Shown here one piece after another: positions 23,290 through 35,465 of a stretch of 64,000 nucleotides of DNA. The translations under genes were made by a program, and so were the position numbers. A model generated the notes under the pieces. The model worked only from the letters and a program-made list of their open reading frames with translations. It was not told the DNA's origin and did no database searches. Origin of the DNA: Chiloscyllium plagiosum (lineage: Eukaryota); assembly GCF_004010195.1 (NCBI RefSeq), contig NC_057720.1, positions 17,444,037 through 17,508,036 of the forward strand. Direction: 5' to 3'. The stretch's first letter is position 1; every line of letters begins with the position of its first letter.

Positions 23290-25320
23290 AAATTGCAAAT
23301 ATTTTGCTCTTGCTGAAAAGAGAGTGTAAAAATAAACCTGATGCAAACAAGCCAGTCAGCCTTAAATTCAATGGTAGGAAAGTTTCTGAAACTAATGAGT
23401 CAATACAACTAACAGTCACTTGGGTAGATGTGTGTAAATTAAGGAAGAGCAAATTTAAGGGTGATTTGTATTTATTTTGATGAGGATAAGACTTTTGATA
23501 TAGTGTATATGGACATTCAAAAGGAATTTGATAGTGCCAAACAACAGACTTGAAGTGTAGCATTTGTGGAATAAAAGGAACAGCAGCATCACGTGCAATA
23601 TTGGTTGCACAACAGGAAGCAGCTATTGTTTGTGGATGTTCTTTGGACTGGAAGAAGGTTTATATTGGTGTTCCCTAAGGCTTTGTGTTAGGATCACTGT
23701 TCTCCTGATGCATAATAATTACCTCAACTTTAGTGTAGAGAGCACAATTTCAAAACTTGCAGGTGATAGCAGATGTTGTATGTGAACTGTGAGGAGGATA
23801 ACGTAGAACTCACAACAGAATGTGAACAGGTTGGTGGAGTGGCCAACATGTTACACACACAATTAAATGTAGCAAAATGTGGATTCATTCATTTTGGTAG
23901 CACAAATGTGAAGAGACCATTCAGAAGGGAGTGCAGATGCAGAGAGACCTGAGCCTATCTTTCTAAGAGTCAATAAAATAAATCAACTAAATAAACCAAT
24001 GTCAAACCCTTAAAGAGGTAGTACCACAAAAATCAAATCATCAAACTAACCATCTATCTTCAAATCACTTCAAAAAGGCCAAGATGATGTATGCATAGAA
24101 TTAGAATTCTGCCATTTCACAAAATATTTACTTTTACTAGCATTGAACCTTAATCCTATCCATGCCATATGACATGTAGTTTAGTAACCTCTCAGGTGTT
24201 TTTCTTCCTCAGTTATTTGTTAACTTTGGAGAATATGGAGAGTTCCAATTACAACAGAATTTTTATCCTCTGCTTTGAAAATTAAATGAGTTCTCAACCT
24301 TTTATACACTAATTTATTATCTCTGCATTGCTTGTTTCTTTGTAATCCTCTAAAGATGTCAAAAACTTGAATAACTCTACAGTTCTGAAAGCAGTGGAAA
24401 GTTCTCTATAAAATTTCACTCATTTTCTAGGCTGAATAGTGCTCAATTTGTATCAGAGGGAATGCTCTATTTTCCTCTACACTTGAAGAAATGAAATAGT
24501 AATTGACTACTGCTGCTTTTGTAGTCAATCCTTCCATTCATCCAACTTATTCCGCATGTGCCAAAAAAACTAATAAAATGTTTATATTTTTAAATCAACA
24601 TGAGTCTCAATATCATTTTTGAACTATGTGAGGAGTGAAGAAAACAAGGTATCACAGGAAAGGGCTGTGTTTCTAAGTTTCTAAACTAGCACAGGGAAAG
24701 TAAAGGTTTATAGGCATAAGAGAGGAAGCTGTTAATAAAACATACAGCGTCCTACAATTTATTCAGAGTAGGTACAAAGGCAAGGAAGTTATGTCAAACT
24801 TATATGAAACTGTTGTTTGCCCTGACCTGGAGTATTGTGTACAATGCTTGACCCTACACTTTGGGCAGGATGTGAAGTCATTGAAGAGGGTTCAGAAAAG
24901 ATAAAGGAGGGACTTCAGTGACATGGATTGGAGAAGTCAGCACTGTTACTTGGGGAAGTGAAGATTGGGAGGAAATTTGATGGACATTAACATAATTTTA
25001 AGGAGTCTGGACATAGTAAATAGGGGGAAAGTGTTCTCACCATTTTCACAGTTCTCACAGGCCACAGATTTAAGAAGAAGCAATAGCAACAGGAGAAAAG
25101 GTTTTTTAACGTAGTAATCGGTTAGGCTTTGGATATGCTGCTTGAGTGTATGGTGGCGGCAGGATCAATTGATCAAAGGTATATTTGGTTATGATTTGAA
25201 AAAGAATGTGCAGGGACTGTGGAGAAGGTGGGGAAATGGCAGAAGGTAAACTGCTTTTCCAGAAAGCAAGCGTTGTCAAGAGGGGCTGAATGATTTCTTG
25301 TGCTATAACTAGTGACTAGA
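23290..25320 (+). mobile_element. Old fragmented CR1 RT relics
   Basis: Degenerate matches such as TISKLAGD and ctggagtattgtgtacaatg...agggttcagaaaag. Confidence 0.5.
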
Positions 25321-25934
25321 AGATTGGAGAAGAGGACTGTAACTATCCAATGCTGCTTGTTCTCTTCCAGTGCTAACTTTATCTGGTTATTCCAACATGC
25401 AGTTGATCCAACTACTTTGGCAATGGTCATGAAACATCAGACATTCATATGCAAAGACCACTTAAAAGCAGTAGAACATGGAGAGAATTGAAGTAGTGAA
25501 ATTGAGAAGCTTTATTTAATAATGTGTACAGCAGGATGTGAATGAGTTTCAGTTCATTAAGAAGTGGCTCATTCAGAAATGTATTTGAGAAAATCAAGCT
25601 TTGAAGTCACAAAAGGGAAGCTCACTGTCTACATTTACACACGTCTCCTTTATTGAAGAAAAGGAAGAAAACTAGGGTTGGGACTGAGCAGCGTACATTT
25701 GAGGATGCTTGTGGTGCAAGGGTAGTGTGTCTACCTCCGGGCCAGGAAGCCTAGGTTCAAGTCCTACCTCTCCAGAGTTGTTTCATAACATCTCATGAAC
25801 AACTTGATGAATACGCGTTTACAGATTTGATCTCTGTAGTTTGAATAAATGCAGTTTTACCAGAGAACCAGTTAAATGTTACAGTAGATAAAGAGGCCAC
25901 TCAACCCATTCCAATTCCTTTGCAATCACATACA

Positions 25935-26270
25935 CAGTGGCCTAATGGTATTATCGCTGGACTGTTGATCCAGAGATGCAGGTATTGTTCTGGGGACCCG
26001 GGTTTAAATCGATGGCTTTTGGTGGAATTTGAATTCAATAAATATCTGGAATTAAAAGTCTAATGATGACCATGAATCCATTGTTGAATGTCGGAAAACC
26101 CATCTGGTTCACTGATATCCTTTAGGGAAGGAAACTGCCATACTTGCCTGGTCTGGCCTACATGTAACTGCAGACCCACAGCAATGTGATTGACTCGTAA
26201 CTGCTGTCTGGGCAATAAATGCTGGCTTAGCTAGTGATGCCCTAATCCCGTGAATGAAATTTTTAAAAAC
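25935..26270 (+). mobile_element. tRNA-derived SINE (same family as 1830-3050)
   Basis: gtggcctaatgg...cccgggtttaaatc head and ctggttcactgatatcctttagggaagg core. Confidence 0.75.
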
Positions 26271-26990
26271 AATTACCAGTACCTGGTCTGCAGCCCTGCA
26301 GGTTACAGCACATCAGGTACAGATTCAGGTTCCCTTTAAATCACTTGAGGGATGCAAATTAAGCCACCAACCAGATAGCAGGTTCCAAATCCTACCATTT
26401 TCTGGGTGAAAAGGATTTTCCTCATGTCCTCTTTAGTCCTTCTACCAATGACCTTAACTCTGTGAATCTTGGTAATTGATGCACTACCAGGGGAAACAGG
26501 TCTTCCATGTCCATCATATGCAAGCCCCTCATTGTTTGGTGCCTTTTGATTAGGTCACCCCTCAGCCTCCTCTGTTCTAAGGAAAACAACTAAATCTTTT
26601 CTCAAATGTGCAATTTTAAAGCCCTGGCAACATTCTTGTAAGTTCCTCTGTACTCTCTCTGGAGCTATTATATCTTTCCTCTAATCTGCTGACTAGAATG
26701 GTGCACGAACATCAACAGTGGACAACCAGTATCTTATTGTATGAAATATCATATTATGTGAAGGAAAACATGCCTTTACTACCTCATCTACCTGTCCTTT
26801 TCAGACATGTCAACATGCATTCAAAAATTTCTCACTTTCTCTACCCCTTTCAATACCATAATGTATATTCCCTTGCTTTGATTCTCTTCCCCAAATGCAT
26901 AATCTGAATTCTATTTGTCACTTGTTTGTCTTGTTCACCTCAACTAAGCCACATGCGGCAGTTAACAGACATCCTCTTCACTGTGAATTG
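26270..26990 (-). mobile_element. Old CR1 3' fragment
   Basis: ggtcacccctcagcctcctctgttctaaggaaaacaac is the reverse complement of LFSLEQRRLRGD. Confidence 0.65.
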
Positions 26991-29959
26991 TCCCCATCAA
27001 TTATCTGGCCAATTTTTTGTGCGCCCTACAAATTTCCTTCACAATCTGAGTCAATTCAAATCTCTAATTTTACAAGTTCAGGTTGGCCTGAAGCTGACTA
27101 CAACTTATCACAAATGCACAATTTGTATCTGCTAAAGTTGCTGCAGTTAGCATTCAGAACAGCCACAGAATGTGGTGCAGGAAAATGGGATGGTGTATCT
27201 TCACCATGTGGAGCATGGTTACAGCAGTGGAGGATGCAATGATTCTGATGGAAATTGAAATGGAAACTACAGTAAAATCAGGATCACACTTCCAGACCCC
27301 ACTAAAGATTTTGGCAAAGTGATCATTTGAGATTACTTTGGTAACCTCTGTGACCACACCATAAGTTGCAAATGCAGTGCTATTTAGAAATACTTGATGT
27401 CGCTTGGAAGGAATTTTTGATGTTTGATATGTGTGGTAAGCAAATTCATCAGGAAATTTTGTGAGAAGGCAAGGCAGAAAAGGAGTAGTCCCCTCTGACA
27501 GCAAAGTGGACAGAAATGTATGTTTGCTATTAAGTTTACATTTTCAAAGGTAAAAATGATAGGAAGTTATCTGTTTGATGCAATAACTAGTAGCATGGAG
27601 CGTCAGTATAAATGGAATATGTTTTTGGATTTCAGCATTAAGTGATTTTTTTCCTGCTTCAGGATCATTAGTCAATCTTAAGTAGACCACTAATCCTCTA
27701 TAATCTAAATTGTGTATCTAAGTAACCATGCTGAGATTCAGGGATAGCAATGGCAAGCTGTTATCCCATCTGAGCTATTAGAAGGCATCATGTGTAGCCA
27801 ACAAATGATTAAATACACACTATAAGACCACAATTCAGACTCTAAGACAACAGAGGGATTATTAATAAGGAATAAGTGAACAGAATTTCTCAAATCAGTG
27901 ACTCAAACCCTTCACTATCTTTACCTAAAATAATGGGCATTCACTGCCTATCTTTACATGGATTTTAAATGGGCTTGCTCCATCTATAAAATATGCTGCA
28001 GTTTTTAAAATTCATCTACCTTTTCTGCAAATTGACAAAACTTCCAATACATTTGGAAAGATAAAAACCAATTTGTTACTTGCATAAAATCATCAAACTT
28101 CTAAAAATACATTGAGAGTAAATGCAATAAACCAACAGCAGCTATAATAATTGTTAAATCAACAGTTATTCATACGCCTTCTTACTGATACCAAAATGCA
28201 GTTGTCTCTTCAAGTGACATATAAGCAAATATAAACAAAATGACAAAATAATGAACTGAATAGCATGACACTGAAATAGCCATGGATCACTAAGTGCTAC
28301 TGAACAATAACACAACTAAATATATGGACATTTTAAAATAATTGCTTCAAGGAATTAATCATTGCTGGCAAGGTCAATATTTATTACCAATATTATTGTC
28401 TCTAAAATGATGGTAATCACCATCTTGAATCATTGGCATCGGGATGGTGAAGATACTAGCATAGTGCAGTTGCAGGGTTTTGATACATCAGCTATGACGA
28501 AATCAGGAAGGGAAGTTGGAAGGAGCTTTCACGCGACATATCTTTTTTAAGGCAATGGCAGTCATAGCTTTAGAAAGTGCTACTGAGGGAAGCTTGGCAA
28601 GTTGTTAGAATGCACGCTGCAAATGGTGCACCAGTGATGGAGGGCATTGATTGTCTTAGTTGGTGTATGGGGTGATGATCAAGCAAACTACTTCGTCCTG
28701 AATGGTGTCCACCTTCTTGTGTATCATTGAGTATTCCAGGCAAGGAGAGAGTATTCTAGCGCACTCATGGCTTGATTCTTGTTGGAAGGTTTTGGACAGT
28801 CAGATGTGTCATTCCTCACTGCAGATCCAACTTCTAATCTGTTACTGTGTCCACAATATTTATGTAACTGACACAGAGAATGCTGGAGAAACTCAGCAGA
28901 TGTGGCAGCATCTATGGACAGAGAAACAGAATTGATGTTTCAAGTCCATATTTATATGACTGATCCTATTAATCATATGGTCATTGGTGACCCCCTAAGA
29001 TATTAATGGCAAGAAATTCAGTTATGGAACTTCCTCCCTAATGATATCATACGTATACCTCTTGAAATGGATTGCAGCAGTTCAAGAAGGCAGCTTACCA
29101 CCACTTTCTGAAGGACAACTAGGGTTTGGAAATAAATGCTGTGATACCCACTTCCCATGAGTGAATAAAAAAAAGGGGAGGCAGTAGGACTCTTGTTGCA
29201 GATGGTCAATGTCTGACACTGTGTGGTGCAAGTTTAACTCACTACATGTCAGTTTAATCCAGGATATTCACAAGAAAAGGGGAGGGTGAGGAAAGAGTGA
29301 ACTCGAAAGTAGTCGTTAATGAAAAATGTCTCCAAACTGGAATGACAGGAGTGCTAATGCAATCTTCAGTATAATTGAGGAAGAGATTTGAAATTGTAGT
29401 TTGCTATTGTCATCAAATTTTGTCAGAAAATTCAAGCAATATGGGCTGTAGGAATCAGTTGAATTACACCTTTTTACAGCACCAATGATGTCCGTGGCAT
29501 ATGTTTAGTTAGCTGCTCTGGACACTCAGTTTTGGTGAGAGTATTGTACAGGCACAGGAGACGTGTACTGCAAGTAACCAATTTAATCCAGAGATTTAAT
29601 GCCAGAGCTTGCATCTTGGAGCACAATGTTCTAGCTAATGTCATCCCTTAACTTTACACAGCTGAATATAACTGCAGCTATAGGAAGCACTCCAAGCCCC
29701 TCCCATAATCAGTGCTATTTAAAGGGATCATTTGGTTTTTGGTTAGCTGCTGAATAATTTCTACCTGCTGTTGCTTTACTAGATGATTCATATTGCTACT
29801 TAAAGTACTTTCAGTCTACAGAAAGTGACATGCCATATGCTCAAGGATTTTGTCCTGACTTGAATTCTGTACAAAACTCTCTCAGCCTATGGAGGAGTTT
29901 GCATCTCCTTGTTTGACAGCCTCTCCTTTAACCATAGCAGAACAGGGAGAATGAACAGA

Positions 29960-30800
29960 GGCAAGAATGGAGAATGAATGTTCAAAGATGGGGGAAAGGG
30001 CTCTCAGCAACTGCCAAAACCTGCCAATTCTCCTATCTGAACCTCAATCTGGAATAATATGTCCAACATCTCCCCTCGCTAAGGATGTCCTCACTGAAAT
30101 TTGCTATTTGCAACCTCAGACCAGATTATGGGTGGCATTGCCAATGGCTACAAAGAGGACAGTGGCCATAAACATTTACACCTCTTGCTCCATCCTGTCT
30201 AAAGCAGCCAACATGTCCCAAATTTTTGTCCACTGGAGCAAAGGGAGAGCTGCATCCAAAGGACTGAAAATATATCATTCTTTAGTCAAAAAGAAGTGGG
30301 CACCATGAGACCTTGGCTTAGTAAGAATTGCTGATTTCCCTGAGGTGCAGAATACTACTAACTGCATCATATTGTGGGTGTCACAAATCAATTTTGAGAT
30401 ATATCACAACTGGAAATGATTGCATTCTCTCAATACCCATACGGGCGGTATGCAGGATCAGTTCTGATATTCTGCCAGCAAACACAATTCTTCATTCTGC
30501 AGCAGTCCTCTAGTCCATTTGAGCCACTACAGCAAAAAAAGGTAGCTGCTGGCTGACAAGCAATGTCCACTGATCACATGGCTCCAATATGAAACCCATG
30601 CATTTGTGGGCATTATGCATATAACCAAAGCACATGAAAAATGATGGTGCAGGCCATTGGGATATTTAAACAATGCCTTCACTACCTGAACCATGCTGGA
30701 GGAGACCTGTAGTACTTTTATTGTGAAGATTTGTTGTGGTCTGCTGTGTAATACAAGCCTCCCTACCAGGACGGCACAGTCTTTGCCACCAGGTAAGCAA
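29960..30800 (+). pseudogene. PIF/Harbinger DDE transposase relic (HARBI1-like)
   Basis: Colinear decayed motifs: KDVLTEICYLQP, ALPMATK.TVAINIYTSCS, IADFPEVQ, HSLN, FILQQS, LLADKQCPLITWL, QAIGIFKQCLHYLNHAGGDL.Y, RFVVVCCVI. Confidence 0.7.
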
Positions 30801-31324
30801 CAACCAGCCCCAAAGAGGAAGGTAGGAGGCAGCCAACACATACCCTTTCCAGATAGGCTATCCATATTGACTCAACCAAATGCAGTACCTGTAAGTGTGA
30901 TCCCACTTGCTCAGTCCAGCACCTTAGCTTCCCTCTTGGACTGACCATTACTTTGTCTTTTTGACCATGTAAGTATAAAACTATGACAAAAGTAAATTCA
31001 AAACCCTAATTACAAATCAAACCATCCATAATTCCAGACAGTCAACTGACCAACTTTGTGCGTTGTCTTACAAAATACAAGGGGCAACACTCAAACTTTG
31101 TCTATGTACACCCTACCTAGACCATTCCTTATACTTTATGGAATGATTTAATAGAAGCTTCCAAGATATTGAAGGAAACAGGCAGGGTAGACAGAAACTA
31201 TTTCATTGGTTAGGTAGCCTAGAATTAAGGGAACCTGTGTACGAGTTAAAACCAAATCTTTTGCACATGAAATTAGACAAGACTTGGATAAAAAGGCTAC
31301 TTTGAAAAGGGAACAAATTGTAAT

Positions 31325-31650
31325 TGAATCATAGAGAACTACAGAACAGAAAATGGCCCTTTGGCCCATCGCATTTGTGCGAATCAAAAACAGCCATCAA
31401 ATATTCTAATCCCATTTTCCAGCTCTTAGCTCTTTGTCTGCCTTGGCATTGTAAGTGCATGTCAATGTTATGAAGGTTTCTGCCTCTATCACCCATATCA
31501 CCCATTCTCACTATTCCTTGTGTGAAAAAGTTTTTCCTCACATCTCTGCTAAACCTTCTGCCCCTTACCTTAAATCTATGTTCCTGGTCATTGATCCCTT
31601 CATCAAGGGAAAAAATGTTTTCCTGTCTACCCTATCAAGCACCTCATACT
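31325..31650 (-). mobile_element. CR1 3' end fragment
   Basis: MRKNFFTQGIVR and a CR1-type tail. Confidence 0.7.
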
Positions 31651-32339
31651 AGTGAGATAGTGAAAGATATTAATGTTATCTGTCTTTAACACATAGGAGT
31701 TTTTAACATAGGGCCACTTGATAACAAAAGGGTTTTTTATAAAGTTGATCACTACAGCTCAGTAATGTGTCTGACAACACTTTACTAGGATTCCTGAGGC
31801 ACCACACTGGCAGAGTGACAGTGTCTTCACAGATCATGGATTTTCAATCCTCAGAAGTGGCAGCATTTGCCTTTTCATCAGTGCCCTTGCTGTTGCTGGT
31901 AAGCTCAAACTGCTGCAACAGGTGCTGACATGGTACAGCCTGGACCTGAACTTTCTCGGGCCAGAGCTCATGCCAAGTTATCTCCCTCAAAGTCAATAAA
32001 TCGATTCCTGCTCCAAATGTTTATGTTTGTACCAGTAACTGTTCTTGTCCAAGAGCAGTACCATTTCTGTAGATACTTTATGGTAGTGTACCCTCTACCA
32101 TTAATCACTGGTGACAGTGAACAAACTTGACCCGGTGTCACAGACCCATCGTGGTGGCAGATATCACAAGGTCATCTAGGAAAATACCAGAAATCCCAGA
32201 GGGAGGCAGTGAAACCGTTCAGAATACCTCATCCCTCTCCTATTCTCCCCAAGGCTACACATTCAGCTTACCCCTGCTCTCAGCAGCAAGTGCTGTGATT
32301 TTGAGGTTTTGGGGTTTGATCGTCTTTGCTGAATGAAGG

Positions 32340-33620
32340 CTTGTTTTTTTTTCTCTTTCGCCTGTGGAGCGGGGGGTCGTGCATCAACTGCGAGCCAGGC
32401 TACTTTTGAGCACAATGTGACCCCTGTACTTTTGAATGCACTATTTCACTCGGCTGCCATTGTGCTGCACTGTCTCTGGTCGGTGTCCGGTTCCAGCACC
32501 TGAGCAGCTGGAGATTTCTCCGGCTGTGGGGCTCACGGTGTGCGGCTTGTGAGGGGGTGGAGGGGATGAGTGAGTGAGTGAGAGAGAGAGGGAGCTGCTT
32601 CCGATTGCAGACACTGAGGCGGCCAATGAAATCTGCCACATCTATTTGTAAAAACAGTGCGCTTTTACGTAGGCGCAATGCTTGACGTTGCGATCTCCAG
32701 TGGTTTCCATGACTTCAGTTTAAGGGGCTCTTCCTTGGCACTGGAGCAGGTGAAGGCTGCTGCGGGTCACCCAGCTCCCTCATTCATTCCCAGTGGGACT
32801 ATGGTGAGCCCGCTGTGCGACTTCCTGATGCTCACAACTCGATTCCTGGTGAGATCGTTCCTCTGGGCTCTGGCGTACAGTTTCTGCGGGCTCTGTGCCT
32901 GCCTGGTCTCGCTCAAAGTTTTATGGCACATAATCAGGAAACCGGCAGAGACCTTCCAGTGGACAGTCCGTGAGACGCTGCCCGCCTGTTTAAATGACAC
33001 GTCCCTGGGCACACACTGTTATGTGCGGATTAAGGTAAATCAACACCGGGAACACTGCACGCACGTTTGGGGGTTTAGTGACAGCAAGCCAGGCTGCTCT
33101 TTACAAATTGTTTTTTTTTTGCATGTATTCTGATCATTAACCCCCCACCCCCGGTTTATTCCTGTACCCTGGTCGCTCAGCCGGAGGCCTGTGAATGATG
33201 TTTTAATATTTCCTCTGGGGTGGGACTGAACTGTTATGGAACGCTTGTAAACATCAGACCTTGAAATGAAACGAAAACAAATCGTATTTTTTTTAAATGC
33301 ACATCAACAAAATACAACTACAGTGTTTCGAAATGGCTGGATCGCTTCAGTTTTTCCTGAACTATGTACCAATGCACTGCAGTCCTTGCGCCACATTAAC
33401 ATTTCTCCCATTTTGCCGCGATTGTTTATCCCCAGCGCGGAGCGTGTGGACCAAGTGCTGAAATTAGGGACAGCTCCTCAGCGAAACGCGGCACAGCGCC
33501 TTAGAAACGCACTCCCTCCATTCACTGACTAATGGTTGCAGAGCTCAGATTTTGATGTGCATCATTTTGATATCAGTCCACCGTGGCTGTCCGCGCAGTT
33601 TCCCCCAGAGCCACGTTCAT
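32340..33620 (+). promoter_or_regulatory. CpG-enriched promoter/first-exon region of EPHX4
   Basis: Visible rise in GC and CpG content. CCAAT in ggccaatg near 32622, a CRE-like TGACGT near 32683, and a (GAGT)n/(GA)n tract at about 32567-32591. Confidence 0.55.
32801..33034 (+). CDS. EPHX4: Epoxide hydrolase 4, coding exon 1 (N-terminal membrane anchor)
   Basis: Strong Kozak context actATGg. Encodes MVSPLCDF...WALAYSFCGLCA...PACLNDTSLGTHCYVRIK, like the EPHX4 N-terminus (SLGTHCYVRIK). Donor GTaaat at 33035, phase 0. Confidence 0.93.
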
Positions 33621-34811
33621 CGAACTTAGAAACTGTGTCAGGTTTTATCAGAAAGTAAAGAGCTTTTTACCTGCCACGCACGTTCTCTCAGTGTAGGTCA
33701 CCCCTAACTATGCCTTGACTAGCACGTTATTGGAATAGTAATTACAAAAGTGCTTCAAAGCAAGCAAATCTCATGTGGGCACCACATTGGAATAGTTGTA
33801 AGAATCTTTGGACCCAAATTTCGAAAATTTATTTTCTTCCCTTTTTTTCCTTAATGTTGGGGAACTCTGCCTGAGAAAAAAGCTAAAGATTTTGATATAA
33901 ATATTTATAGTTGCTTATAAAAATGGCATTTCGAGTGAGACAAAAAAAGGCGGGCCAATTACAGTTTGAAGCTACTGACCTGACGGTAGATTTTTTTTCC
34001 CCTGCCAGTCATATATTTTAATGGAATCTTTAACAGTTTGGTGTAGAAGATGAGTAAAGCGTGATTGTGCCTTATCAAAATTAAATGAGTTGCAGTGAAC
34101 AGTTCTTCGAGATCGGATTTATTTTGTGGTCTCAGCTGTTTAAAAGGTCAAATGGTTAGAGATACAGTGGCCATTCGTAGTTTTTCTGAAACAAAACGGT
34201 CTGAAACATTGTTTTGTTTAGCCGTTGGGTTTCAGATTGGCTCAGATTAATTCACATTCTCTCACGCCACAGCTAACAGTCAGTATTGTAAAAATCTTGT
34301 GATTAGCTTAAAAGATGCAGACATTTATTTGTGCCACCTCATTTCTCACCACTTTAAGTGTAGAATTAGGAAAATACCTTGAGACCATGAGAATAATTTA
34401 ATACTGGGCGTCATATTAGTCTTTTAATCCATTTTTTGTTATGATGTAACGTTATAATGAACATTTCAGCACCTTTTCCTTAAATGTAGTTTTGAGCTCA
34501 TTAACTGGATTTTATTTATACTACTTACACACACTGGAATATACAACACCAATCATGCACAAGGTTAGAAAATTGTTGAGCAGATCAGTGATTGAAAGAT
34601 CTGTGATCTATTGCTGTTCTTCTGTCTTGAGCTGCAAGATTTCCTGCATGTGTATGGATTTCTGCTCTGTGATTTCTGCTGATAATAAATAGCATTTTTT
34701 TGACATCTAGTGGATGAATCCATCTGTTATGAACTGCTATTATCTTTGCCTTCTGATCCTCTCAAAACTAATTGCTTTTCATAGGTTATTTCAGGTGACC
34801 TATTCTTCCTG

Positions 34812-35028
34812 GAGAAAGTGAGGACTGCAGATGCTGGAGATCAGAGCTGAAAATGTGTTGCTGGAAAAGCACAGCAGGTCAGGCAGCATCCAAGGAGCAG
34901 GAGAATCGACGTTTCGGGCATGAACCCTTCTTCAGGAATCCTGAAGAAGGGCTCATGCCCGAAACATCGATTCTCCTGCTCCTTGAATGCTGCTTGACCT
35001 GCTGCGCTTTTCCAGCAACACATTTTCA
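34812..35028. mobile_element. Head-to-head inverted dimer of the hammerhead-bearing element with perfect 15-bp TSD
   Basis: gacctattcttcctg at 34797-34811 and 35029-35043. Arms are inverted around cttcaggaatcctgaag. Confidence 0.88.
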
Positions 35029-35269
35029 GACCTATTCTTCCTGTCCATTTCAAGCTCTCTTTTTGTTAATTCAAGCTTCAGTGCTACCGTGTGTCATAGC
35101 ATTCTGCAACATGAAATGCTGTGAAATTTGAGTTCTCTTGTCAGCATGGGTACTTTGAAGCAAAGCACACTTCAGAAATGATGCTGAGAATGTATGGATG
35201 ACATCCTTAATGATGGAGGGGGAATTTAATGATCCAGAGGGAGTTAACTCTTCAGGATTATTCAAGTTG

Positions 35270-35465
35270 TTGCCATAGTCTTACCAGACCATACGGACTT
35301 CTCTCATTAGAGAGAGAAGTGACAGGTGGTGATTTGACCTGAGGGCAAGGGAAGAGGTTGAGAAAGAGATACCTTCAGGATAGCTTCAACTGGTGATGGG
35401 AATTGAACCCATGCTGTTGGTATCACACTGCTTTGTAAAAATAACAATCTGCAACTGAGCTAAAT
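35270..35465 (-). mobile_element. SINE-like element (tRNA-like B box on minus strand)
   Basis: gggaattgaaccc and caactgagctaa; related pieces at about 55500-55570 and 56170-56275. Confidence 0.45.

Noticed and set aside
24502..24529. Short hairpin attgactac...gtagtcaat
   Set aside because: A 9-bp stem can arise by chance; no supporting context.
34841..35131. Mirror-image ORFs on both strands (MCCWKS...)
   Set aside because: A consequence of the palindromic repeat; no coding evidence.
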